DNA from: Candidatus Eiseniibacteriota bacterium
GTDB taxonomy: Bacteria; Eisenbacteria; RBG-16-71-46
Direction: 5' to 3'
NCBI GenBank assembly: GCA_044223005.1
Contig: JBGAML010000027.1
Coordinates: forward strand, 1-32,480
DNA length: 32,480 bases
The notes under the pieces were generated by a model. That model was not told the origin of the DNA. It ran no database searches and saw only the letters and a program-made list of their open reading frames with translations. Within the stretch, counting starts at the first letter, position 1, and every line of letters starts with the position of its first letter. Made by a program: the position numbers and the translations under genes. Of the stretch, positions 1-7,678 are shown one piece after another.

Positions 1-396
1 ACCCACCACACCATCAGCTCACGGGCGGCTCGCACCCCTCGCAACCCGCTGTTCGAGGTGAACCTGCTGGACATGCTGATCCGGCACTGCGGTGCGAACC
101 ACCGGCGCGAGACGATCGCGTTCTCGAAGCGGCGGCAGGCGGCGGTGGAGCGGTTGTGGTGGTTCCTGGTGTGGCGGAACTACGGCAAGTACTTCAGCGA
201 GCGAGCGCACACGGAGACACCCGCGATGCGGCTGCAGCTGATGGATCGGCCGCAGACGGTGCGCGAGATGCTGCACGGGCGGCTGTTCCCGGCGCGGCTC
301 GCGGTGCCGGAGCGGTGGCAGCGCTACTACCGGAGGGAGATCGAGACGCGCGAGATCCCCAACGGGGACCGGGCGTTCCGGAAGTACGCGATGTAG
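1..396 (+). mobile_element. IS1/IS1595-like transposase, C-terminal fragment (5' truncated by window edge)
   Basis: Frame is open from base 1 (THHTISSRAARTPRNPLFEVNLLDMLIRH...). The segments RHCGANHRRETIAFSK...RNY and TPAMRLQLMDRPQTVREML resemble the C-terminal R..T..FSK and TPAM..GL.D motifs of IS1-family transposases. Confidence 0.6.
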
Positions 397-416
397 CGGC
401 AGGCCCGGGAACGGTT

Positions 417-447
417 CGGGGCCCGCACCACGTGGGTGCGGGCCCCG
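417..447. terminator. GC-rich hairpin between the convergent transposase and aspartate kinase genes
   Basis: CGGGGCCCGCACC (417-429) / GGTGCGGGCCCCG (435-447), perfect 13-bp stem; no U-tract. Confidence 0.5.
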
Positions 448-448
448 G

Positions 449-1669
449 TCACCTGCAATCTTCCGAGCACAACCCGAGGAACGCCGCGTGCAGCGCCCGC
501 GCGGCCGCTTCGCAGTCCGCCGGGGTCACCCGGATCACCAGCGCCGAGGGCGTGGCGCGCAGCGCCAGCAGGCCGATCCCGGCCTTCTCGAGCGCCGCCT
601 CCGCCTGCGCCGCCTGCGCGGCGCCCAGCCCGAGGCCGACCAGCGACACGAACGCCGCGTCGCGCTGCACGGTGAGCGCCCACTCGCCGCCGGGGCCGCG
701 CAGCTCACGGAAGCGCGCCTGCAGTTCGGCCGCGTCGTCGTTGGGGCCCACCCACACGAGCGCGGCGTGCGTCGAGGAGACCTGCTCGTGCGCGACCAGT
801 TCCAGCGCCGGGTACGCGCGGGCGACCGTCTCGAGGATGTCGCGCGGCTCGCCCTTGCCGCCGGCGTTGCCCTCGGCGATCACCACCGAGACGTCCGAGC
901 GATGCGCCACGGCTTCGACGCGGGGAGTTTCCACGGCAGCCTCCACGATGCGGGTGCCCGGCGAGTCGTCGAACGACGAGCGCACGGTGAGCGGCACGCG
1001 CTCGCGCGCGGCCAGGTCGACGCAGCGCGCGTGCAGGACGCGCCCGCCCAGGTGGGCGAGCGCCGAGCAGGCGCGGAACGAGAGCGTGTCCATGACGCGC
1101 GCGGCGGGCACCACGCGCGGGTCGGCGGTGAAGACGCCGGCGACGTCGGTGTAGATCTCGCACGCGGCCGGGGCGAGCGCGGCCGCGAGCGCCACGGCCG
1201 TGGTGTCCGAGCCGCCGCGCCCGAGCGTCGTGATCTCCTTGGTCTCCGGGCAGACACCCTGGAAGCCGGCGACGATCACGACCTTGCCGCGCGCGAGTTC
1301 GGCGCGGATGCGTTCGGGGCGGATCGCGACGATGCGCGCGTTGGAATGCGCCGCGTCGGTCAAGATGCCGCTCTGCGAACCCGTGAACGAGATCGCCTCG
1401 ACGCCCAGGTCGTGCAGCGCCATCGCCACCAGGGCCATGGAGACGCGCTCGCCGGTGGTGAGCAGCATGTCCATCTCGCGCCGGTTGGGCGCGGGGGAGA
1501 CCTTGCGCGCGAGCGCGATCAGGTCGTCGGTCGTGTCGCCCATGGCCGAGACCACGACCACGGTGTCGTGACCCGCGGCGCGCGCGGCCGCGATCCGCTT
1601 CGCGACGGCGCGGATGCGCTCGGGACCGTTGACCGACGTGCCGCCGTACTTCTGGACGAGGACCGCCAT
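449..1669 (-). CDS. lysC: Aspartate kinase
   Basis: [43 protein letters not shown] and [14 protein letters not shown] motifs; C-terminal ACT-like region is divergent. Confidence 0.93.
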   Translation of the reverse strand: MAVLVQKYGGTSVNGPERIRAVAKRIAAARAAGHDTVVVVSAMGDTTDDLIALARKVSPAPNRREMDMLLTTGERVSMALVAMALHDLGVEAISFTGSQSGILTDAAHSNARIVAIRPERIRAELARGKVVIVAGFQGVCPETKEITTLGRGGSDTTAVALAAALAPAACEIYTDVAGVFTADPRVVPAARVMDTLSFRACSALAHLGGRVLHARCVDLAARERVPLTVRSSFDDSPGTRIVEAAVETPRVEAVAHRSDVSVVIAEGNAGGKGEPRDILETVARAYPALELVAHEQVSSTHAALVWVGPNDDAAELQARFRELRGPGGEWALTVQRDAAFVSLVGLGLGAAQAAQAEAALEKAGIGLLALRATPSALVIRVTPADCEAAARALHAAFLGLCSEDCR

Positions 1670-1717
1670 GGCGTATTTCTAACCGACCGCCGCCGATCCT
1701 GCACGCCGGGGGGTGGC

Positions 1718-1747
1718 TTGACGGCCGCGCGGGGCTCTCGCTATATT
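1718..1747 (+). promoter_or_regulatory. Sigma70-type promoter for tRNA-Gly
   Basis: TTGACG (1718-1723), 18 nt, TATATT (1742-1747), ending 17 nt before the tRNA. Confidence 0.7.
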
Positions 1748-1764
1748 CCTCGCCGCTCTTGATT

Positions 1765-1841
1765 GCGGAAGTAGCTCAGCCCGGTAGAGCACAACCTTGC
1801 CAAGGTTGGGGTCGGGGGTTCGAATCCCCTCTTCCGCTCCA
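1765..1841 (+). tRNA. tRNA-Gly (anticodon GCC)
   Basis: GCGGAAG/CTTCCGC acceptor stem, AGCTCAG..GGTAGAGC D arm, CAACC-TTGCCAA-GGTTG anticodon arm (GCC at 1799-1801), GGTTCGAATCC T arm, encoded CCA at 1839-1841. Confidence 0.97.
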
Positions 1842-1845
1842 TGTC

Positions 1846-1880
1846 ACGGGGCCGGCTCGCCAGCCGGCCCCGTTCGTTTT
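1846..1880 (+). terminator. Intrinsic terminator after tRNA-Gly
   Basis: ACGGGGCCGGCT-cgcc-AGCCGGCCCCGT stem followed by TCGTTTT. Confidence 0.7.
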
Positions 1881-1899
1881 CGGGCCTTCCGGAGAAGCC

Positions 1900-2478
1900 A
1901 TGGGCGCCCTGCCTCCCGGCCGCGACACCACCGCCGTCGCGAAGGCCTTCGCGGCGATGATCGACGCGCTGAGCCTCGATCGAGCCGCCGAACCCGAGCT
2001 TCACGAGACGCCCGCGCGCGTCGCCGACCTCTACCGCGAGCTGTTCTCGGGCCTCGATCCCGCGCAGGCCCCGGAGCCGGCCACGTTCCCCCACGAGGGG
2101 CAGGGCGACCTGGTCGCGGTGCGCGACCTGCCGTTCCACTCGCTCTGCGTGCACCACTTCGTGCCTTTCTTCGGGCGCGCGCTGATCGCGTACCTGCCCG
2201 GCGAGCGCATCATGGGGATCAGCGCCGCTGCGCGGTTGCTCGACCACTACGCGCGCCGGCCGCAGCTGCAGGAGCGGCTCGGGCAGCAGCTGGCGGACCA
2301 TCTCGAGCGGCTGCTCGCGCCCCGCGGCGTCGCCGTGATTCTCGAGGCGCGCCACCTGTGCATGGAGATGCGCGGCATCCGTCGCTACGGCCTCGTCGAG
2401 ACGCGCACCGTGCGCGGCGAACTGGCCGATGCGCGCTGGGCGGACGCGCTGCGGCTCGGCCCCGCCGTGGACCGCTGA
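1900..2478 (+). CDS. folE: GTP cyclohydrolase I (divergent)
   Basis: GGAG RBS before ATG 1900; ETPARVA, SLCVHHFVPFFG, ARRPQLQERL and HLCMEMRG motifs; the zinc ligands Cys/His/Cys are present. Confidence 0.88.
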   Translation: MGALPPGRDTTAVAKAFAAMIDALSLDRAAEPELHETPARVADLYRELFSGLDPAQAPEPATFPHEGQGDLVAVRDLPFHSLCVHHFVPFFGRALIAYLPGERIMGISAAARLLDHYARRPQLQERLGQQLADHLERLLAPRGVAVILEARHLCMEMRGIRRYGLVETRTVRGELADARWADALRLGPAVDR

Positions 2479-2495
2479 CGGACCTCGACGCCGCC

Positions 2496-3251
2496 ATGGC
2501 CGCGCCCTCGGTCTCGGTCGTCGTGGTCACGCGCGACCGGCCCGCGCTGCTCGCCGACGCGCTGCGCTCGGTCGCCGCGCAGACGCGCGCGCCGCTCGAG
2601 GTGCGCCTCGCCGACGACGGCGACGGCGGCGCGTTGGACGCGCTGCCCGAGCTGCCGCTGCTGGAGCTCACGGCGATGCACGTGTCGTTCGGCCGCGCGG
2701 CGCTCGCGCGCAATGCCGCCGCCGCCGGCGCGCGCGGCGAGGTGCTCGCGTTCCTCGACGACGACGACCTCTGGCGGCCCGGGCATCTGGAAGGGCTCGT
2801 GACGGCGTTCGCAGATCCGGCCGTGGGCTTCGCGTGGCGCGACAGCGAAGTGGTGCGCGAGCGGATCGAGCCCGACGGCGCGCGCACGGCGCTCGAACGC
2901 GTGACGCTCGCGCGCGAGTGGGATGACGCGCTCATGCGCGTCAACGACTACCTGCCGCCCAGCGCATGGGGCGTGCGGCGCAGCGTGTTCGAGGCCCTGG
3001 GCGGGTTCGACGCGGAGTTCGCGTTCAGCGAGGACTGGGACTTCGTGCTGCGCGCCCGCGCGGCCACCGCCATGCGGCGCGTGCCCGGCGCCACGGTCGA
3101 GGTGCGCCTGCGCGAGAGCGGCAACGCGTCGTCCGACACGGGTCCCGGGCGGCTCGCGTGCCTCGAGCGGCTGCGCGAGCGCCACGGGCTGCCGCCGCTC
3201 GAGACGCGCACGTTCTGGGAGGTGGCGCACGCGATGGGGAGTCCGGCATGA
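2496..3251 (+). CDS. Glycosyltransferase family 2 (GT-A fold)
   Basis: SVSVVVVTRDRP, LADDG, ARNAAA..ARGEVLAFLDDDD, LGGFDAEFAFSEDWDFVLR. Confidence 0.9.
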   Translation: MAAPSVSVVVVTRDRPALLADALRSVAAQTRAPLEVRLADDGDGGALDALPELPLLELTAMHVSFGRAALARNAAAAGARGEVLAFLDDDDLWRPGHLEGLVTAFADPAVGFAWRDSEVVRERIEPDGARTALERVTLAREWDDALMRVNDYLPPSAWGVRRSVFEALGGFDAEFAFSEDWDFVLRARAATAMRRVPGATVEVRLRESGNASSDTGPGRLACLERLRERHGLPPLETRTFWEVAHAMGSPA

Positions 3252-4165
3252 GCCGCGAGCTGCTCGTCGTCGGCGCCGGCCCGGCCGGGGTGTCGGCGGC
3301 GCTCTGGGCCAAGGCGCTCGATCTCGACGTGCTGCTGCTCGACGCCGGCGCCGGTCCCGGCGGGCAGTTGCACCGCGTGCACTTCCATCCGCACGACGTG
3401 CCGGGATTCGAGCAGGGCGACGGCCCGGCGCTCGCGGCGGCCTACTCGCGACAGCTCGCGTCGTCGGGCGTGCCGGTGCGCACGAACGCGCCCGCCGGGG
3501 CGATCGCGCGCGCCGCGGCCGACGGCGTCGCGCTGCGCCTGGCGGATGGCGAGGAACTGCCGGCCGCCGCGCTGCTGGTCGCGACGGGCGTGCGGCGCCG
3601 CCGGCTCGAGGTGCCCGGTGAGCGCGAACTCGAAGGCCGCGGCGTCTCGTTCTCGGCGACGCGCGACCGCGAGCGGCTCGCCGGCGGTCGCGTGATCGTC
3701 GTCGGGGGCGGCGATGCCGCGTACGAGAACGCGCTGCTGCTCGCCGACGCCGGCTGCGACGTCACGGTGCTCGTGCGCGGCACGCCGCGGGCGCGGGCGG
3801 AGTTTCGCGCCCGTGTCGCGGCGTCCCCCCGCATCGCGGTGCGGCCGGGCCTCGCGGTGCGCGCGATCGAGGGCGAGGGGGCGGTGCACGCGGTGCGCGT
3901 CGCCGGGCCGGCGGGCGAAGCGTCGCTGCCCGCCGACGGCGTGGTGGTGAAGGTGGGGGTGGTGCCCAACAGCGAATGGTGCGCGGGCGCCCTCGCGTGC
4001 GACGCCGAGGGCTTCGTGCGCGTCGACGCGAACCTCGCGACGACCGCGCCGCGCGTCTGGGCCGCCGGCGACGTCACCCGGCCGGTCCCGCCGAGCATCC
4101 CGGTGGCGCTCGGCCAGGGCGCCCAGGCCGTGTCGCGGATCCGCGCCGAATTGCGGGGTTCCTGA
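3248..4165 (+). CDS. Thioredoxin-reductase-like NAD(P)/FAD oxidoreductase lacking the CxxC motif
   Basis: VVGAGPAG, VATG, VVGGGDAAYE and WAAGDV motifs; GVSFSATRD in place of GVSYCATCD; ATGA overlap with the GT2 stop. Confidence 0.85.
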   Translation: MSRELLVVGAGPAGVSAALWAKALDLDVLLLDAGAGPGGQLHRVHFHPHDVPGFEQGDGPALAAAYSRQLASSGVPVRTNAPAGAIARAAADGVALRLADGEELPAAALLVATGVRRRRLEVPGERELEGRGVSFSATRDRERLAGGRVIVVGGGDAAYENALLLADAGCDVTVLVRGTPRARAEFRARVAASPRIAVRPGLAVRAIEGEGAVHAVRVAGPAGEASLPADGVVVKVGVVPNSEWCAGALACDAEGFVRVDANLATTAPRVWAAGDVTRPVPPSIPVALGQGAQAVSRIRAELRGS

Positions 4166-4182
4166 GGGGATTTCGCCCCCCC

Positions 4183-4210
4183 TCAAGCGACCCCCCTCCG
4201 GGGCCGAAAA
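4183..4210 (+). promoter_or_regulatory. Sigma28 (FliA)-like promoter
   Basis: TCAAG-N15-GCCGAAAA in the intergenic gap before the 4270 ORF; same motif as upstream of flgM and the flagellins. Confidence 0.6.
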
Positions 4211-4269
4211 CCCTGTCAGCCCGCGCTCCCCGACCCGGGGGCCGCCGCGGCCGTTGCTTCCGGAGGACC

Positions 4270-5256
4270 ATGCCGCTCCGCGCGACCGATCCGACTCCAG
4301 CGCTCTCCCGTCCGCTCCGCGGTGCCGCGTTCGCGGCGCTCGGGTCGGTGCTGCTCGCCCTCGCGCTCGACGCCGCCGGGGTCGCGCTCGTGCCGGCGTT
4401 CCCGGCCGTGCGGGCGCTGCATCTCGCGGCGCTCGTGTGCCTCGCGCTGGCCGCGACGCTGCCGTCGGCGTTCCGCGATCTCGAGGCGTGGTCCACGCCG
4501 TTCGACGGGCTCGTGCTCGCCTCGCTCGCGATCGCCGCGATGGGCGCGGTGCCCGAGCACGGCGACGGGCCGTATTCGCGCCTCCTCGAGCAGGTGCTCG
4601 GCTGCGCGGGCGTCTTCTTCGGGGCGACGCTCCTGCTGCGCCGTGCGGCCGCGGGCGATCTCGCGTGGCGCGCGCTCGCGCTCGGGACGGCCCTGCTCGG
4701 CGCGCACGCGCTGTGGGCGGCCACCGGCGGCGTGCAGGCGCTCGCGGCGCAGTCGGCGGCCGCGGACGCGCACTGGGCGGGGCGCCACGGGCTCGCGCGC
4801 GCGCTCGCCTTCTGCACCCTCGCCACGCTCGGCCGCGCCGCGGAGCGCGGTGCTCCGCCGGCCTGGCGGCTCGCGTCGGCGATCGGGCTCGTCGGCCTCG
4901 CGCTGCACGCCGCGGCGGGTGGCTTCGCGATGGAATCCGCGTCGCTCGCCCGGCTCGACCACCCGCTCGAGTTCAGCGTCGTGTCGGTGACGTGGCTCGC
5001 CGCGGCCGTGCTGGGCCGGGTCGCGTGGAGCCTCCGGCGCGAACGCCGGGCCGAAGCGCAGCGCTGGCGGTTCATGGCGCTCGCGGGCTGGGGCCTGGGC
5101 GTCGCCTGCGCGTTCGGGGACGGCACCGGTGGCGAGGGCGTGCGTGCGCTCGCCGTGCTCGCCGCCGCGGGCGCCCTCGCCGCGCGGGACGAACCGCAGG
5201 CCGCCGCGAAGACCGCGGACCCGCCCGCGGAAGAGCCGCTCGCCCGGGCGGCCTGA
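4270..5256 (+). CDS. Multi-pass membrane protein of unknown function
   Basis: GGAGG RBS before ATG 4270; many hydrophobic Ala/Leu segments; codon usage like neighbouring genes; ends LARAA. Confidence 0.65.
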   Translation: MPLRATDPTPALSRPLRGAAFAALGSVLLALALDAAGVALVPAFPAVRALHLAALVCLALAATLPSAFRDLEAWSTPFDGLVLASLAIAAMGAVPEHGDGPYSRLLEQVLGCAGVFFGATLLLRRAAAGDLAWRALALGTALLGAHALWAATGGVQALAAQSAAADAHWAGRHGLARALAFCTLATLGRAAERGAPPAWRLASAIGLVGLALHAAAGGFAMESASLARLDHPLEFSVVSVTWLAAAVLGRVAWSLRRERRAEAQRWRFMALAGWGLGVACAFGDGTGGEGVRALAVLAAAGALAARDEPQAAAKTADPPAEEPLARAA

Positions 5257-5310
5257 ACCGCACCCCTCCGGCGGTGTCGCAGCGTGCATTTCGCACGCTC
5301 GCCGGCCCGC

Positions 5311-5337
5311 TCAAGCCGCACCCCGCTCCGCCGAGAC
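5311..5337 (+). promoter_or_regulatory. Sigma28-like promoter upstream of the STAS gene
   Basis: TCAAG-N14-GCCGAGAC. Confidence 0.62.
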
Positions 5338-5408
5338 TGGAACGCGTCGGGTCCCGGCGCGCTCTGCCCGGTGACCGCAACGGAGTCGCGATCACGGAGG
5401 GGGATCGG

Positions 5409-5765
5409 ATGCAGATGGAGGACCGCCAGGTCGGGGCCGTGCTCGTGGTGCGGCCGGTCGAGCAGGCATTGGACGCCTACGCGGCCACGGGCTTCCGCGA
5501 GCGCATGACCGAATACATCCACGACGGCCGCCGCCGCATCGTGCTGGACCTCGGCGCGGTCAACTTCCTCGACAGCACCGGTCTGGGTGCGATCGTCGCG
5601 AGCCTCAAGCGGCTCGACGGCGACGGCGTGATGGTGCTGTGCAACGTCGGCGAAATGGTGATGGACGTCTTCCGCCTCACGCGCATGGACCGCGTCTTCC
5701 CGATCGTGGCCACGCTCGACGAGGCGGTCCAGGTCGCCGAGACGAAGAACCGCACCGCGGCCTGA
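5409..5765 (+). CDS. STAS-domain anti-sigma-factor antagonist (RsbV/SpoIIAA type)
   Basis: GGAGGGG RBS; IVLDLGAVNFLDSTGLGAIV with the phosphorylatable Ser; VFRLTRMDRVF. Confidence 0.92.
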   Translation: MQMEDRQVGAVLVVRPVEQALDAYAATGFRERMTEYIHDGRRRIVLDLGAVNFLDSTGLGAIVASLKRLDGDGVMVLCNVGEMVMDVFRLTRMDRVFPIVATLDEAVQVAETKNRTAA

Positions 5766-5772
5766 CCTCGAA

Positions 5773-5814
5773 ACACGAACGCCCCCGGCGCGTGCGCGCC
5801 GGGGGCGTTCGTGT
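5773..5814. terminator. Long hairpin between the convergent STAS and RsbW-like genes
   Basis: ACACGAACGCCCCCGGCGCG / CGCGCCGGGGGCGTTCGTGT perfect inverted repeat. Confidence 0.7.
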
Positions 5815-5829
5815 GCGTACCGCGCGGGT

Positions 5830-6282
5830 TCAGGCCGCCAGCCGGCGGGACATCGCGAGCGTGTTGCGCTCGCCGTGGCGGCGCACCTCGACCTGGTCCA
5901 TGACCTGGTGGATCAGGAACAGCCCCATGCCGCCCTCGGGCAGCGAGGCGACGTCGGCGGGGTCGAAGTCGAGCACCGGCGACGTGCGCGGCGCCATCGG
6001 CGTGCCCTCGTCGGACACCTCGATCGTGACGCGCCCGCGTTCGAGCACGAACGCGACGTCGATCGGATGGCCCGTCTCGCAACCGTACGCGTGGCGGATC
6101 ACGTTGTTGACGGCTTCCGCGACGGCGATCTCGACGCCGGCCGCGTCGCGGCCCGGCATGCCCGCGGCGGCGCAGAGGCCGCGCACGGCGCGCGCGACCA
6201 GTTCGACGTGGTCGAAGCGGCTGTCGATGCGCAGCGTCACCTCGCGTGCTTCGTCCGGGCGAAGCGGATGCAGGCCGCTCAT
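5830..6282 (-). CDS. Anti-sigma factor / Ser kinase (RsbW-like HATPase)
   Basis: IAVAEAVNNVIRHAY (N box), IEVSDEG (G1), PEGGMGLFLIHQVMDQV (G2); GGAGG RBS; overlaps the upstream stop. Confidence 0.92.
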   Translation of the reverse strand: MSGLHPLRPDEAREVTLRIDSRFDHVELVARAVRGLCAAAGMPGRDAAGVEIAVAEAVNNVIRHAYGCETGHPIDVAFVLERGRVTIEVSDEGTPMAPRTSPVLDFDPADVASLPEGGMGLFLIHQVMDQVEVRRHGERNTLAMSRRLAA

Positions 6283-7472
6283 GCCGCCCTCCGTTCGATC
6301 GCGAGGAGCGAGACGTCGTCCGCGAACGGCGCCGCGTCCCGCCACGACCGCAGCGCGTCTTCGATCCGCGTGACGCACGCGGGCAGCGGCTCGGGGGCGA
6401 GCGTCCCGACCACGGCTTCGAGCCGCCCGATCCCGAACGCGCCGTGTGCGGGCGAGGCGCACTCGGTGACGCCGTCGGAGTAGAGGAAGAGCCGGTCGCC
6501 GGGAGCGAACGCGTGTTCGGACTGCTCGTAGTCTGCCCCGGGCAGCAGGCCGACCGGGAAGCCGGAATCGCCCAGCCGCTCGACGCGGCCGTCCGCGCGC
6601 AGCAGCAGCGGCGACGGGTGCCCGGCCTGGGCGAGCGTCACCGTGCCGCGGGCGCCGTCCACGATCCCGTACACCATGGTGAAGTAGTGCTGCGCCTCCG
6701 AGTCGTCCTGGAAACGCCGGTTCAGCGCGTGCAGCATCTCGGCGGGCGGCGTCACCTCCCAGTGCGGCGGATGGTCGATGGGCCGCTTCACGAGCCCGTC
6801 GACGCCCGCGGTGGGCGCGAGCAGCTTGCTGAGCGTGAACGACAGCATCGCCGACGGTACGCCGTGCCCCGCGACGTCGAGCAGGTAGAAGGATGCCCGG
6901 TGCTCGTCGAGCACGTGCACGTTGAAGACGTCGCCGGCCACGGTGCTCGCCGGCAGGAAGCGCCACGCGGTGCACACGCTCGGCGGGTCCGCGTCGCGCG
7001 TCGGCAGCAGCGCCTGCTGCATCGTGGCGGCCGCGTCGAGGTCGCGCTGCGCGAGCTGGTTCGCCCGCTCCAGCCGGTGATTGCGCTCCTCGAGATCGGA
7101 TTCCAGTTGCAGCACGCGCTCGCCGGCGCGCAGCCGGGCGCGGAGCTCGTCCGTGACGAAGGGCTTCTGCACGAAGTCGTCGGCGCCCGCCTCGATGCCC
7201 TCGACGAGCGCTTCGGTGCCGCTGCGCGCGGTCAGCAGGAGCACGTAGGTGTAGCCGCCGAGCGGCGACTGCCGGATGCGGCGCGTGAGCTCGAGGCCGT
7301 CGACGCGCGGCATCATCCAGTCGGTGATGACCATGCGGAACGGCTCGCGTTGCATGAGTTCCCACGCCTGCTCGCCGTCGACCGCCTCGACGGGCTCATG
7401 GCCCCATTGGCGGAGCTTGCGCTCGAGCACCATCCGGTTGACGCGTTCGTCGTCGACGATCAGGACGCGCAT
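6279..7472 (-). CDS. Response regulator receiver fused to a PP2C (SpoIIE/RsbU) phosphatase
   Basis: MRVLIVDD, ITDWMMP, LLTA and QKPF receiver motifs; AATMQQALLP, VAGDVFN, LDVAGHGVPSA, QAGHPSP, LYSDGVTE and DDVSLL phosphatase motifs. Confidence 0.93.
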   Translation of the reverse strand: MRVLIVDDERVNRMVLERKLRQWGHEPVEAVDGEQAWELMQREPFRMVITDWMMPRVDGLELTRRIRQSPLGGYTYVLLLTARSGTEALVEGIEAGADDFVQKPFVTDELRARLRAGERVLQLESDLEERNHRLERANQLAQRDLDAAATMQQALLPTRDADPPSVCTAWRFLPASTVAGDVFNVHVLDEHRASFYLLDVAGHGVPSAMLSFTLSKLLAPTAGVDGLVKRPIDHPPHWEVTPPAEMLHALNRRFQDDSEAQHYFTMVYGIVDGARGTVTLAQAGHPSPLLLRADGRVERLGDSGFPVGLLPGADYEQSEHAFAPGDRLFLYSDGVTECASPAHGAFGIGRLEAVVGTLAPEPLPACVTRIEDALRSWRDAAPFADDVSLLAIERRAA

Positions 7473-7596
7473 GGTCGGGTCGGGTTCCGTTGGAGGACGC
7501 CGTGGCGCCGGGAATCCGCTTGCCGCCGGCGGGCGGTGCGGGCATGTTGGCGGGACTCGCGTCCGGCCCCTGGGGCACGCTGCCCCGTGAGCCGCA

Positions 7597-7624
7597 GTCT
7601 CGGCCGCGCCGGCGGGCCGCTGAA
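7597..7624 (-). promoter_or_regulatory. Possible sigma28-like promoter for the REC-PP2C / RsbW operon
   Basis: Minus strand TTCAG-N15-GCCGAGAC; the -10 is identical to that of the STAS promoter, the -35 is imperfect. Confidence 0.42.
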
Positions 7625-7678
7625 GGGGCCCCCGGCGATTCGAGTCGCATCGTCCTTCTCCGGAGTCGCGCACTTTCC

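Noticed and set aside
1765..1880. tRNA-Gly as an integration site for an island
   Set aside because: No integrase, and I did not notice a duplicated tRNA 3' end or a compositional break in the window.
1759..1899. ORF-track N-terminal extension of folE through the tRNA
   Set aside because: It overlaps the tRNA and its terminator; ATG 1900 has an RBS and matches the family start region.
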